Origin: an uncultured Actinomycetes bacterium
GTDB lineage: Bacteria > Actinomycetota > UBA4738 > HRBIN12
Direction of reading: 5' to 3'
DNA length: 64,000 bases
NCBI GenBank assembly: GCA_963704885.1
Contig: CAVPIB010000001.1
Coordinates: forward strand, 704,001-768,000
This document shows positions 47,070 through 56,617 of the stretch, in pieces. Each line of letters opens with the position of its first letter. Within the stretch, counting starts at the first letter, position 1. The notes under the pieces are model-generated. The model worked only from the letters and a program-made list of their open reading frames with translations, did no database searches and was not told where the DNA came from. The translations under genes were made by a program, and so were the position numbers.

Positions 47070-48893
47070 GTGGCGCTCCCGCTCGAGTCGTATGCCCTCA
47101 TCGGCGACACCCATACGGCCGCGCTCGTCGGCCGTGACGGGTCGATCGACTGGCTGTGCCTGCCTCGGTTCGACTCCGGTGCCTGCTTCGCCGCCCTCCT
47201 CGGTGATGAGTCCAACGGCCGCTGGCTCGTAGCGCCGATCGAGACGCCCCAGCGGACGACGCGGCGCTACCGCCCCGACACGCTCGTCCTGGAGACCGAG
47301 CACGAGCTGTCGAGCGGCACGGTGCGGGTCACCGACTTCATGACGCCGCGGCGGGCCCAGGCGAGGGTGGTCCGGCTCGTTGAGGGGCTCCGAGGGGCCG
47401 TCGCGATGCAGACGGAGCTCGCGCTCCGATTCGACTACGGATCCGCCGTCGCGTGGCTGCGGCCGACCCGCACCGGGGTGGCCGCGGTGGCTGGTCCAGA
47501 CGCGGTCGAGTTCCGCACGCAGGTTCCGCTCGAGGTCCGTCGCGGCTACGTGACCGGTGAGTTCACGGTGCGTGCCGGGACCCGTGCGGCGTTCGTGCTG
47601 AACTGGCACCCCTCCCATCAAGACGCGCCGCCCCCGATCGATCCCTGGACGGCGGCGAAGAACACGACGCGCTTCTGGCGCGATTGGGTCTCTCGAGCGA
47701 CCTATAAGGGCGAGTGGCGCGATGCTGTCGTCCGGTCGCTGATCACGCTCAAGGCGCTCACCTATCGTCCGACCGGCGGCATCGTGGCGGCGGTGACCAC
47801 CTCGCTGCCGGAACACCTGGGCGGCGAGCGCAACTGGGACTACCGTTTCTGCTGGATCCGCGACGCCACGTTCACGCTTTACAGCCTCTTGATGGCGGGC
47901 TACGAGCGGGAGGCCGAGGCCTGGCGCGAGTGGCTCCTCCGCGCGGTTGCCGGCGACCCCTCACAGCTCCGCATCCTCTATGGACTCTCAGGTGAGCGAC
48001 GCATCCCAGAGCTCGAGCTCGACTGGTTGGCGGGCTACGAAGGTTCGCGCCCGGTGAGGGTCGGGAACGACGCCGCGCATCAGTTCCAGCTGGACGTATA
48101 TGGGGAGGTCCTCGACCTGTTGCACCAGGCCTCCCGCGAAGGACTGCCGCACGAAGCTGCCGCCTGGGAGGTCGAGCGCCGGCTCGTGGATGTGGTGGAA
48201 GCGCGGTGGCGTGAACCGGACGAGGGGATCTGGGAGGTCCGGGGCGGCCGGCGTCACTTCACGCATTCGAAGGTCATGGCCTGGGTCGGTGTCGATCGCG
48301 CGGTCCGGGACATCGAGCTGTTCGGGTTCGACGGGCCCGTTGACCGATGGCGGGCGCTCCGCGACGAGATCCACGCCGAGGTCTGCCGGGAGGGGTTCGA
48401 CGACGAGCTGGGTTCGTTCACGCAGTCATACGGCTCGAAGGATCTCGACGCCGCGCTACTGATGCTCCCCTTGGTCGGGTTCCTTCCGGCGCACGATCCT
48501 CGGATCCTCGGCACGGTCCGGGCGGTCGAGGAGCGGCTCCTGCACGATGGGTTCGTGCGCCGCTACGACCCGTCGAAGGGCGTCGACGGCGTGTCCGGCG
48601 GCGAGGGCGCCTTCCTCGCGTGCACGTGCTGGCTGGCCGACTGCCTCGCTCTGCAGGATCGAGAGGCCGATGCGCGGGAGCTGTTCGAACGGGTGCTGTC
48701 CGTCCGCAACGACGTGGGTCTTCTCTCCGAGGAGTACGACACGGTGCATGGTCGTTTGGTGGGGAACTTCCCGCAGGCGTTCTCGCACGTGTCGGTGATC
48801 GGCACAGCCCGGAACCTCTCGCGCAACGAGGTCGGACCTGCGGAACGGCGACGGAGGCTCGGGCGTAGGCGTCCGCAAGGCTCAGGGCGTTGA
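47070..48893 (+). CDS. Glycoside hydrolase family 15 (trehalase/glucoamylase-like)
   Basis: GSIDWLCLPRFDS, TTSLPE, RNWDYRFCWIRDA, QLDVYGE, GIWEVRG, GNFPQAFSH. Confidence 0.92.
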   Translation: MALPLESYALIGDTHTAALVGRDGSIDWLCLPRFDSGACFAALLGDESNGRWLVAPIETPQRTTRRYRPDTLVLETEHELSSGTVRVTDFMTPRRAQARVVRLVEGLRGAVAMQTELALRFDYGSAVAWLRPTRTGVAAVAGPDAVEFRTQVPLEVRRGYVTGEFTVRAGTRAAFVLNWHPSHQDAPPPIDPWTAAKNTTRFWRDWVSRATYKGEWRDAVVRSLITLKALTYRPTGGIVAAVTTSLPEHLGGERNWDYRFCWIRDATFTLYSLLMAGYEREAEAWREWLLRAVAGDPSQLRILYGLSGERRIPELELDWLAGYEGSRPVRVGNDAAHQFQLDVYGEVLDLLHQASREGLPHEAAAWEVERRLVDVVEARWREPDEGIWEVRGGRRHFTHSKVMAWVGVDRAVRDIELFGFDGPVDRWRALRDEIHAEVCREGFDDELGSFTQSYGSKDLDAALLMLPLVGFLPAHDPRILGTVRAVEERLLHDGFVRRYDPSKGVDGVSGGEGAFLACTCWLADCLALQDREADARELFERVLSVRNDVGLLSEEYDTVHGRLVGNFPQAFSHVSVIGTARNLSRNEVGPAERRRRLGRRRPQGSGR

Positions 48894-48966
48894 CCTGGAT
48901 CCGATCCTGCGGTCGCGACGCCTGCCGAAGTCCCGTCTGGCATCTGCCCTAGCGTAATGTCTCCCC

Positions 48967-51900
48967 ATGCTCACCTGTCCGTCCTGCGGAACCGAGAACG
49001 CCGATGGCGCGAAGTTCTGCAACGAGTGCGGCGCCGTCCTTATCGAGGCGGAGCAGCGGCGGAAGGAGCGTAAGTTCGCGACGGCGCTCTTCGCCGACCT
49101 CGTCGGTTCAACGACGCTGGCCGAACAGGAGGACCCCGAGATCGTCCAGTCGGTCGTGGGACGCACGTTCGACCGGATGGCCGAGGAGATCGCGCGGTAC
49201 GAGGGCCTGCTGGAGAAATTCATGGGCGACGCGGTCCTAGCCGTGTTCGGCGTGCCGCGGGCTCACGAGGATGACGCTGAGCGCGCGGTCCGCGCCGCGC
49301 TCGAGATGCAGGCCGTCCTTTCCGAGCTGAATCGCGGCTTCGCCGCCGAGGGCAAGCCGACGCTCGCGATGCGGATCGGTATCGAGGCCGGTGAGGTGCT
49401 CGTCGATGTCGAGCGAGCCTCGGGCCCGCGCGACCGCATGCTCACCGGTGATGCCGTGAACACCGCGGCTCGGCTCCAGACCGCCGCCGAAGCGGCGCAG
49501 GTCGTCGTTGGCCCCGCCGTGTACGCGAGCACCAAGGACGTGATCGAGTACCGTGAGCTCGAGCCGCTCGCTCTGAAGGGCAAGGCCGAGCCGGTTCCCG
49601 CGTGGGCTGCCCTTCGCATCAAGGCCCGCACGCGCGGCGAACGGCCGCGCCTGGGTCTTGAGGCCCAGCTCGTGGGCCGCGACGAGGAGCTCGCGGTGCT
49701 GAAGCAGACGCTCCGTCGCGTCGAGACCGAGGGTCGTCCCGCCCTGGTCACGATCGTCGGGCCGGCCGGCGTCGGGAAGTCGCGCCTCGTCGCCGAGCTC
49801 GAGCACTACGTGGAAGGGCTGCCGCAGATCGTGTACTGGCGCCGAGGCCGGTGCCTGGCGTACGGCAACACCTCGTATTCGGCCTTCGCGGACGCGATCA
49901 AAGCGCAGTGCGAGATCTTCGAGGACGACGCCGCAGAGGTGGCCGCGAAGAAGGCAGACGCAGCCGTGCGCGAGCTGTTCGGCGACGAGAGCGTGGCCCC
50001 GCAGATCCGCGCGCTCGTCGGCGCCGGTGAACCCCGCGCGATGAGCCGCGAAGACCTGTTCGAGGCGTGGCGTCGGTTCCTCGAACGCCTCGCCGCTCGC
50101 TACCCGCTGGTGCTCGTGCTCGACGACGTCCACTGGGCCGACGGAGGTCTCCTCGATCTGGTCGAGCACGTCGCCGACTGGGCGCAGGGTCCGATCATGC
50201 TGGTCGCGACAGCGCGGCCCGAGTTGTTCGAGACCCGCACGACGTGGGGCGGCGGCAAGCGCAACGCGGCGTCCATCTATCTCGACCCGCTCTCGGAGGC
50301 GGAGGGCGAGGCCATGCTCGACGACCTGCTCTCGGGGCCGATCGCGCCTGAGCTGAAACGTTCGATCATCGAAAGGAGCGAGGGCAACCCGCTCTACGTC
50401 GAGGAGATCGTCCGCAAGCTGATCGACGACGGCGTACTGCGCGCGACCGAGGCCTCCAAGTGGGAGGTCGCTCGGCCGGTGGGAGACGTCGAGCTTCCGC
50501 GTTCGATCCAAGGATTGATCGCCACGCGCCTGGACGGGCTGCCCGAGGACGAGAAGGCGGTTCTCCAGGACGCGGCGGTCGTCGGCAGGGTGTTCTGGGT
50601 GGGTGCCGTCGCCGATCTCACCGGAAAGAGCACCGGTGAGATCCGGGACGCGCTCGGACGCCTGCGTGTGAAGGAGCTCGTCCTTCCACACGAGCCCTCG
50701 TCGTTCTCGGATGAGCACGAGTTCTCCTTCCGCCACAACCTGATCCGCGACGGCGCGTACGACTCACTTCCGAAGACGCTACGTGCGGATCTCCACGGGG
50801 GCGTCGCGCGATGGGCCGAGCGGCAGGCCGGCGATCGGGCGGATGAGATCGCCGAGCTGATCGCGAGCCACCTGCTCGAGGCTCTCGGCTACCTCGATGA
50901 GCTCGGCGAGGTGGGAGACGAAAGCGGCGAGCTGCGGCGCGATGCACTCCGCTGGACCCGAGCCGCCGCAGTCCGCACATCTGCGCTCTGGCAGCGCGAC
51001 GAGTCGGCTCGTTGGTTCCGGGAAGCCGAACGGCTCGAGGATGCCCTCGAGCTGCCGCCGTCGGAGCGGGTGGAGTTGGTGCGCGGGCACGTCGATGCTT
51101 CGTGGGGAACCGAGCCGATCACTGAGACGGAACGTGTCGTCCGCCGCGCGCTCGAGGTCTACCAGGCTCTCGATGACCAGGTCGGGGTCGGTTGGGTCTG
51201 GGCCCGCCTAGTGGTAATGCTGCTGATGCAGGCACGCGACGAGGAGGCCGAGGCGGCTGGACGGACCGCGGTGCAGACGCTCGAGCCTCTCGGCGAGCGC
51301 CCTGAGCTCGCCGACGCCCTTCACCGCCTCGGGTGGTACCTGTGGCGCCGGGGGCGGAACGATGAGGCCGAACCGTTGCTTCGCCGCGCCGTCGAGATGG
51401 CGGGGCGCGTCGAGTCGGCGCTGGTACGCGCGGAGTCGATGCAAACGCTCGCCGCGTGTCTCGCCGCCCAGGGGGGATCCGAGGAAGCCGTCGAGACCAT
51501 CGAGGAAGCGTTCCGTCTTGCCAAGGATCTCGGCGACTTCTCCAACCTCATGCGCTGCTACAACAACCTTCCTTCGGTCGTGGCGGACTTCGCGTCGGAC
51601 TATCGCCGAGCAGATACGGTGCTGCGCGAAGGGCTCGAGCTCGCGCGGCGGGCGGGGTCGCTCTCGCATATGGGGTGGCTCGTGGGAAGCGTCGGCGACA
51701 TCGGCTTCCGTCTCGGCAACCTCGAGGAGAGCGAGGCGCTTCAGCGCGAGGCTTTGGAGCTTGCAGAGAGGGTGGGTGATGAACCGCTGCGGGGGATGCG
51801 GCTGACCGGTCTCGCGGCGGCCGTCCTGTTCCGAGGCCGTGTCGGGGAGGCCGAGACGATCTTCCTCGAGTCGGTCCCCATACTGAACGAGAACCCCGAG

Positions 51901-52392
51901 CCTCAGAGCCAGATCTTCATCCCGCAGCTCGCAGGCCTTCTCGCGCTCGTGCGCGGCGAGAACGAGACCGCCGCCGCGTCGTTCGAGGTCATGATCCAGC
52001 AGCTGCGGACGTTCAACGTCGAGGCGGCCCCCGATGTGTTCCCCGATCTCGCACGTGCGCTCCATCGCGCCGGTCGGGTGGCCGAAGCGAGGGACTACCG
52101 CGACCTTTCAGAGCTCGGCCGTTCGCCGGCCGCCCTCGCGAACGCGGCGCTCGTCGAAGGCATGCTCGCAGAAGATCCGGCAGACGCGCGGCAGCTCCTG
52201 GCAGGCGGAGTCGCGGTTCTCGAGGAGCTCGGCCTGAGGATCGACGCAGCACGAGCGATGGGCGATCTGGCCCGCGCGATGGCCCGCGTCGGAGAGGACC
52301 CGGTGCCCGTGTTGGATCGCGCGCGGGACATCCTCACCGAGTGTGACGCGCGCGCGTTCCTGTTCGAGGTCGAGGAGGCCTACGGGCGGTAG
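48967..52392 (+). CDS. Class III adenylate/guanylate cyclase with zinc ribbon, AAA/STAND ATPase and TPR-like domains
   Basis: CPSC...FCNECG; FADLVGST, EKFMGDAV, GDAVNTAARLQ; LVGRDEEL, GPAGVGKS, LVLDDVHWAD, EGNPLY; helical-repeat C-terminus. Confidence 0.92.
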   Translation: MLTCPSCGTENADGAKFCNECGAVLIEAEQRRKERKFATALFADLVGSTTLAEQEDPEIVQSVVGRTFDRMAEEIARYEGLLEKFMGDAVLAVFGVPRAHEDDAERAVRAALEMQAVLSELNRGFAAEGKPTLAMRIGIEAGEVLVDVERASGPRDRMLTGDAVNTAARLQTAAEAAQVVVGPAVYASTKDVIEYRELEPLALKGKAEPVPAWAALRIKARTRGERPRLGLEAQLVGRDEELAVLKQTLRRVETEGRPALVTIVGPAGVGKSRLVAELEHYVEGLPQIVYWRRGRCLAYGNTSYSAFADAIKAQCEIFEDDAAEVAAKKADAAVRELFGDESVAPQIRALVGAGEPRAMSREDLFEAWRRFLERLAARYPLVLVLDDVHWADGGLLDLVEHVADWAQGPIMLVATARPELFETRTTWGGGKRNAASIYLDPLSEAEGEAMLDDLLSGPIAPELKRSIIERSEGNPLYVEEIVRKLIDDGVLRATEASKWEVARPVGDVELPRSIQGLIATRLDGLPEDEKAVLQDAAVVGRVFWVGAVADLTGKSTGEIRDALGRLRVKELVLPHEPSSFSDEHEFSFRHNLIRDGAYDSLPKTLRADLHGGVARWAERQAGDRADEIAELIASHLLEALGYLDELGEVGDESGELRRDALRWTRAAAVRTSALWQRDESARWFREAERLEDALELPPSERVELVRGHVDASWGTEPITETERVVRRALEVYQALDDQVGVGWVWARLVVMLLMQARDEEAEAAGRTAVQTLEPLGERPELADALHRLGWYLWRRGRNDEAEPLLRRAVEMAGRVESALVRAESMQTLAACLAAQGGSEEAVETIEEAFRLAKDLGDFSNLMRCYNNLPSVVADFASDYRRADTVLREGLELARRAGSLSHMGWLVGSVGDIGFRLGNLEESEALQREALELAERVGDEPLRGMRLTGLAAAVLFRGRVGEAETIFLESVPILNENPEPQSQIFIPQLAGLLALVRGENETAAASFEVMIQQLRTFNVEAAPDVFPDLARALHRAGRVAEARDYRDLSELGRSPAALANAALVEGMLAEDPADARQLLAGGVAVLEELGLRIDAARAMGDLARAMARVGEDPVPVLDRARDILTECDARAFLFEVEEAYGR

Positions 52393-52434
52393 TTCGTGAA
52401 CTGAAGCGCGATCCCGAAGTCGTGTCCCTTCACC
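52270..52434 (+). repeat. Intact copy of the direct repeat (cyclase/yajQ junction)
   Basis: Matches 46788-46949. Confidence 0.92.
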
Positions 52435-52877
52435 GCGGCGATGGCCTTCTGCAGGTCGTCCTTGCTCTTGCCCAGGATGCGGACCTGGGCGCCTTGGATC
52501 TGGGTCTGCACCTTGAGGCCGCTCGACTTCACGAACTTCGTGATCTCCTTCGTCTTCTCCTCGGAGATCCCGGTCATCACCGTGACGGCCTGCCGCACAT
52601 GGCCCTTGGCCGCCGGGTGGATCTCGCCCTCGGAGAGCGCCTTCAGCGGGACGGTCCGTTTGATCGCCTTCTCCTTCAGGACCTGGAGCGCCGCCTTCAG
52701 CCGGTCCTCGGTCGAGGAGCGGAGCTCGATCGTCGTGTGATCCTGTGTAAGAGAGGTCTCGGTGGCTTTGAAGTCGAAGCGCTGGGCGATCTCGCGGCCG
52801 GCTTGATCGACGGCGTTGCGTACCTCCTGCATGTCCACCTCGGAGACGATGTCGAACGAGAACTGATCCTTCGCCAT
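52380..52877 (-). CDS. yajQ: YajQ family nucleotide (c-di-GMP)-binding protein
   Basis: SFDIVSEVDMQEVRNAVDQA...RFDFK...KVQTQIQG.QVRI.GKSKDDLQ...LQFTNYR. Confidence 0.95.
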   Translation of the reverse strand: MAKDQFSFDIVSEVDMQEVRNAVDQAGREIAQRFDFKATETSLTQDHTTIELRSSTEDRLKAALQVLKEKAIKRTVPLKALSEGEIHPAAKGHVRQAVTVMTGISEEKTKEITKFVKSSGLKVQTQIQGAQVRILGKSKDDLQKAIAAVKGHDFGIALQFTNYRP

Positions 52878-52935
52878 GCGCGTGAGGATACCGCCGACCG
52901 TCGGGCGGTGCCGTTCGTTACCATGTGCCTATCCC

Positions 52936-53020
52936 GGGAGGATGCCCGAGTGGCCAAAGGGAGCGGTCTGTAAAATCGCCGGCGTAGCCTACGGAGGTTC
53001 GAATCCTCCTCCTCCCACCA
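52936..53020 (+). tRNA. tRNA-Tyr (GTA)
   Basis: Acceptor GGGAGGA/TCCTCCC plus ACCA, anticodon loop CTGTAAA, long variable arm, GGTTCGAATCC. Confidence 0.95.
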
Positions 53021-53067
53021 AACAACCAACCAACCAACCAACCGACAGACTCACTCAACCAACCAAC
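53021..53067 (+). repeat. (AACC)n microsatellite-like tract
   Basis: AACAACCAACCAACCAACCAACCGACAGACTCACTCAACCAACCAAC immediately after the tRNA CCA. Confidence 0.85.
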
Positions 53068-53559
53068 TCAGCTCGCCGCTTTCTTCACGAGCACGCGGAT
53101 CTGCGCCTCTTCGGCGGCGGTCAACTCCTTCAGCGCGAAGGCGGTCGGCCACATGGCTCCCTTGTCGAGGTTCGCCTCGTCGCTGAAGCCGAACGTCGCA
53201 TACCTCGAGTTGAACTTCTGCGCGCTCTGGAAGAAGCAGACGACCTTGCCGTCCTCGGCATACGCAGGCATCCCGTACCAGGTCTTCGGCCAGAGGTCCG
53301 GCGCGCTGGCTTGGACGATCGCATGGAGCCGCTTGGCCATGGCGCGATCCGGTTCCCTCATCGCGGCGATCGCCGCAAGCACGTCGCGTTCCCCCTCCGC
53401 CCTGTTCTTGTTCGCGCGCGCTTCCGCCTTCAGCTCTTGGGCGCGAGCCTTCATCGCGGCTCGCTCGTCGTCCGTGAATCCCGCGACCTTCTTGTTGCTC
53501 GCGGCGGCGCTCTTTGCGGACTTCTGCGGCGCCTTCGTTGCGGGCTTCCTTTCAGGCAT
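53068..53559 (-). CDS. DUF1801/YdhG-like protein
   Basis: [15 protein letters not shown]...[11 protein letters not shown]...RYATFGF...MWPTAFAL; AGGAGG RBS. Confidence 0.8.
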   Translation of the reverse strand: MPERKPATKAPQKSAKSAAASNKKVAGFTDDERAAMKARAQELKAEARANKNRAEGERDVLAAIAAMREPDRAMAKRLHAIVQASAPDLWPKTWYGMPAYAEDGKVVCFFQSAQKFNSRYATFGFSDEANLDKGAMWPTAFALKELTAAEEAQIRVLVKKAAS

Positions 53560-53583
53560 TGCGAAGCACCTCCTCCTGACGGC

Positions 53584-53884
53584 TCAGCGCTGCTCCTGGA
53601 TGCGGATCAGGTTGCCCGCGGGATCGCGGACGGCGCAGTCGCGAACCCTCAGCCATCATCTCGGCGATGGCGCGGCGCTCGTCGTCGGTGACGCCGGGGT
53701 CTGTGGCCGGTGGCTCCGGGTCGATGGACGTGCCGGGTTGGCCCGCGAAGCCGACCGTGATCCCGTGCATCCCGCCGTGTTCGACGTCGTTGCGCACCTC
53801 GAAGCCGAGGGTGTCGCGATAGAAGGCCAGAGGGGCGTCCGGATCGTTGTGCGGGAGGAAGCTCGCGTGGATGGTGATGTCCAT
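53584..53884 (-). pseudogene. VOC/glyoxalase family gene with internal deletion and frameshift
   Basis: MDITIHASFLPHNDPDA.LAFYRDTLGFEVRNDV...AEMMAEG joins out of frame directly to VRDCAVRDPAGNLIRIQEQR*; the expected middle segment is absent. Confidence 0.75.
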
Positions 53885-54125
53885 GGCGGTCATGATAGGT
53901 GCGGCTCGGCTCGGCGCGGGGTGTGGGCATACGGCTGGCCGAGCGCTGGCCCATGGACGGGAGGACCTGTGGCTACTCCCCGAAGAGGGGACGATTCCGT
54001 GAGGTCAGGGAGTTCTGAGAACACCCCACCGATGTGATGTCTCGGGACATCGTGCCGATATGTCTCCTGCCGTGCTCCTCTCCATGGGGAGCTATGGTGA
54101 GTTCGTCCGTGATAGGAGGGGTGGG

Positions 54126-54581
54126 ATGCCCGGAGGCAAGGCGCGCCTACCACCGCGATGGTTCGTCGTGACCGCCTGGCATGTGCACCGACGGATCGTG
54201 CGAGCGAGCCGAGGCCGCAAGGGTCTGTGGCCTCCGCGCCCGGGAAAGTGGGGTGCCTTGCGGCTCACCACGAGAGGCCGGCGCAGCGGCGAGCCGCGGA
54301 GCGTCATCCTCGGCTACTACGAGGACGGGCCCAACCTTGTCTCGATGGCCATGAATGGCTGGGGTGCGGCCGAGCCAGCCTGGTGGCTGAACCTGCAGGC
54401 TCACCCGGAGGCGGTCGTCGAGCTGGCTGGTGGGCTCCGGCGCAAGGTGCTCGGCAGGGCCGCGATCGGCGGGGAGCGTGAACGCCTGTGGCAGCGCTGG
54501 CGCGAACTGGACAAGAACCTGGACGACTACGCCGCACGGCGCCCACAAGACACGGCGGTCGTCGTCCTCGAGAACACCTAA
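54126..54581 (+). CDS. Deazaflavin (F420)-dependent nitroreductase family protein
   Basis: LRLTTRGRRSGEPR, NGWGAAEPAWWLNLQAHP; ATG 54126 after AGGAGG. Confidence 0.85.
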   Translation: MPGGKARLPPRWFVVTAWHVHRRIVRASRGRKGLWPPRPGKWGALRLTTRGRRSGEPRSVILGYYEDGPNLVSMAMNGWGAAEPAWWLNLQAHPEAVVELAGGLRRKVLGRAAIGGERERLWQRWRELDKNLDDYAARRPQDTAVVVLENT

Positions 54582-54591
54582 CCGACCGAAG

Positions 54592-55782
54592 CTAGTCGGG
54601 GAGGAGCGGAACCCGGAGGCCCTCCCGACGCCCCACCAGGACGCCGCGCGTGATGGCCGACGATCCGAAGCGGTCACGCACCGCGTCGAGCGTGGCATCG
54701 ATGGAAGAACCGAGCGAGCCATCGAAGGGCAACGCGAGCTGGATCGCGCTGTCGTCGTGGAGGTTGGTGAAGCTCACGCCGATCAGCGTGATGCCCTGAT
54801 CCCGGATCATCGGCAGGGCCGCGGCGAGCAGGGCTCTCGCGGCCGCGAGCATCGTCTCGGTGTCGGCCGTCGCCTCGGGCAGCGTGTGCGACCGCGTCGC
54901 CCGAGTGAAGTCGTCGAAGCGGAGGCGGAGCACGACCGTGCGGCAGACCCGGTGCGCCGTTCGCAGCCTGCGCCCCAGGCGATCCATCAGCGCGATGAGG
55001 TCGGCGTCGAGCGTCTCCGGTGACCTCGGTCTTCGGCCGAGGGCCCGCTGGGTCCCGATCGAGCGGCGGCGGCGGCCGGCGTCGACCCGCCGAGGATCCC
55101 GATTGTGAGCCAGCGCGTGGATATGACGGCCGGCGGCGCGCCCCAAGATCTGCACCAGGGAGGTTTCGCCGAGCTGCGCAACCTCAGCCACGGTGGTGAT
55201 CGAGTGCTCGCGGAGCTTCCTCGCGGTGACCGGCCCCACGCCCCACAGGCGCTCGACGGGCAGTGGGTGGAGGAACTCCAGCTCGCCGTCGACGGGCACA
55301 ACGAGCAGCCCGTCGGGCTTGGCGACCGCGCTCGCGACCTTTGCGAGGAACTTCGTCCGGGCCACTCCCACCGTCACCGGCAACCCGACCCTCTCGAGGA
55401 TCTCGCGGCGCAGGCGTACCGCGATCTCCGACGGGGTCCCCGAGATGCGTAGGAGGCCCCCGACGTCCAGGAAGGCCTCGTCGATAGACAGCCCTTCCAC
55501 GAAGGGCGTCGTGTCGTTGAACACCTCGAACATGGCCTTGCTCGCGGCGCTGTAGACGTCCATCCGTGGCGCGACGACGATCGCCTGCGGGCACAGCCGC
55601 ATCGCTTGGACCTGGCCCATCGGCGTACGCACGCCGTACGCCTTGGCCTCGTAGCTGGCGGCCAGCACCACGCCGCCGCCGACGATCACCGGGCGGCCTC
55701 TCAGTCCCGGGTCGTCTCGCTGTTCGACCGACGCGTAGAAGGAGTCGGCGTCGGCGTGCAGGATCGTGCCCTCATTCGACAC
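54592..55782 (-). CDS. dinB: DNA polymerase IV
   Basis: ILHADADSFYASVE, ASYEAKAYGV, LSIDEAFLD, AKPDG, LWGVG. Confidence 0.95.
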   Translation of the reverse strand: MSNEGTILHADADSFYASVEQRDDPGLRGRPVIVGGGVVLAASYEAKAYGVRTPMGQVQAMRLCPQAIVVAPRMDVYSAASKAMFEVFNDTTPFVEGLSIDEAFLDVGGLLRISGTPSEIAVRLRREILERVGLPVTVGVARTKFLAKVASAVAKPDGLLVVPVDGELEFLHPLPVERLWGVGPVTARKLREHSITTVAEVAQLGETSLVQILGRAAGRHIHALAHNRDPRRVDAGRRRRSIGTQRALGRRPRSPETLDADLIALMDRLGRRLRTAHRVCRTVVLRLRFDDFTRATRSHTLPEATADTETMLAAARALLAAALPMIRDQGITLIGVSFTNLHDDSAIQLALPFDGSLGSSIDATLDAVRDRFGSSAITRGVLVGRREGLRVPLLPD

Positions 55783-55795
55783 GAGCGTATGCTCG
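55782..55795. promoter_or_regulatory. SOS-box-like palindrome at the dinB start
   Basis: CGAGC-GTAT-GCTCG, compared with the actinobacterial LexA box CGAAC-N4-GTTCG. Confidence 0.55.
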
Positions 55796-55852
55796 CATCA
55801 GCCTCCGACATCCGGGACCTACCGTCGCCGGAGTGGGTACTCTCGGAAAGCC

Positions 55853-56605
55853 GTGAACGACGAGGATGGCTACTTCGACGAGCGCGTCGCCGCGAGGTAC
55901 GACGAGTCGGAGGCAGACATGTTCGACCGGGCAGCCGTCGACCCGGTCGTCGACTTCCTCGCCCAGATCGCCGGGAGCGGGCGGGCGCTCGAGCTCGGGA
56001 TCGGGACCGGCCGGATCGCGCTCCCGCTCGCGCAGCTCGGCGTGCCGGTTCACGGGATCGAGCTGTCACAGGCCATGGCTCGAAGGCTGCGTGAGAAGCC
56101 CGGCGGTGAAGCCATCGGGATGACTATCGGCGACTTCGCGACGACCAGGGTCGACGGGTCGTTCTCGCTCGCGTACCTCGTCGACAACACGATCATGAAC
56201 CTGACGACGAAGTCGGCGCAGGTCGCGTGTTTCCGCAACGTCGCGGCGCACCTCGAACCCGGCGGCCGTTTCGTGATCGAGGTCATGATCCCCGATCTGC
56301 GGCGGCTCCCTCCGGGTGAGACCTTCAAGGTCTTCCACGGGAGCGCGAGCCACTGGGGCATCGACGAATACGACTTCGCAGCTCAGGGCCTGATCTCACA
56401 TCACCTCGAGACCGTGGACGGCGTGCTCGAGCGTGTCTCGATTCCCTTCCGGTACGTGTGGCCCTCCGAGCTCGACCTCATGGCGGAACTCGCTGGGATG
56501 AGGCTCCTCGAGCGCTGGGGCGAGTGGGATCGCGAGCCGTTCACCAACGACAGCCGTAAGCACGTCTCTGTATGGGAGAAGCCGGCCGTTCGGCGAAGCG
56601 ACTAA
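55853..56605 (+). CDS. Class I SAM-dependent methyltransferase
   Basis: ALELGIGTGRIALPL, HGIELS, HLEPGGRFVIE; likely GTG start at 55853. Confidence 0.88.
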   Translation: MNDEDGYFDERVAARYDESEADMFDRAAVDPVVDFLAQIAGSGRALELGIGTGRIALPLAQLGVPVHGIELSQAMARRLREKPGGEAIGMTIGDFATTRVDGSFSLAYLVDNTIMNLTTKSAQVACFRNVAAHLEPGGRFVIEVMIPDLRRLPPGETFKVFHGSASHWGIDEYDFAAQGLISHHLETVDGVLERVSIPFRYVWPSELDLMAELAGMRLLERWGEWDREPFTNDSRKHVSVWEKPAVRRSD

Positions 56606-56617
56606 GGAGGAACATCG

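Noticed and set aside
54037-54052. Palindrome GATGTC-TCGG-GACATC upstream of the nitroreductase gene
   Set aside because: Single 6-bp stem with no cognate regulator nearby; could be chance.
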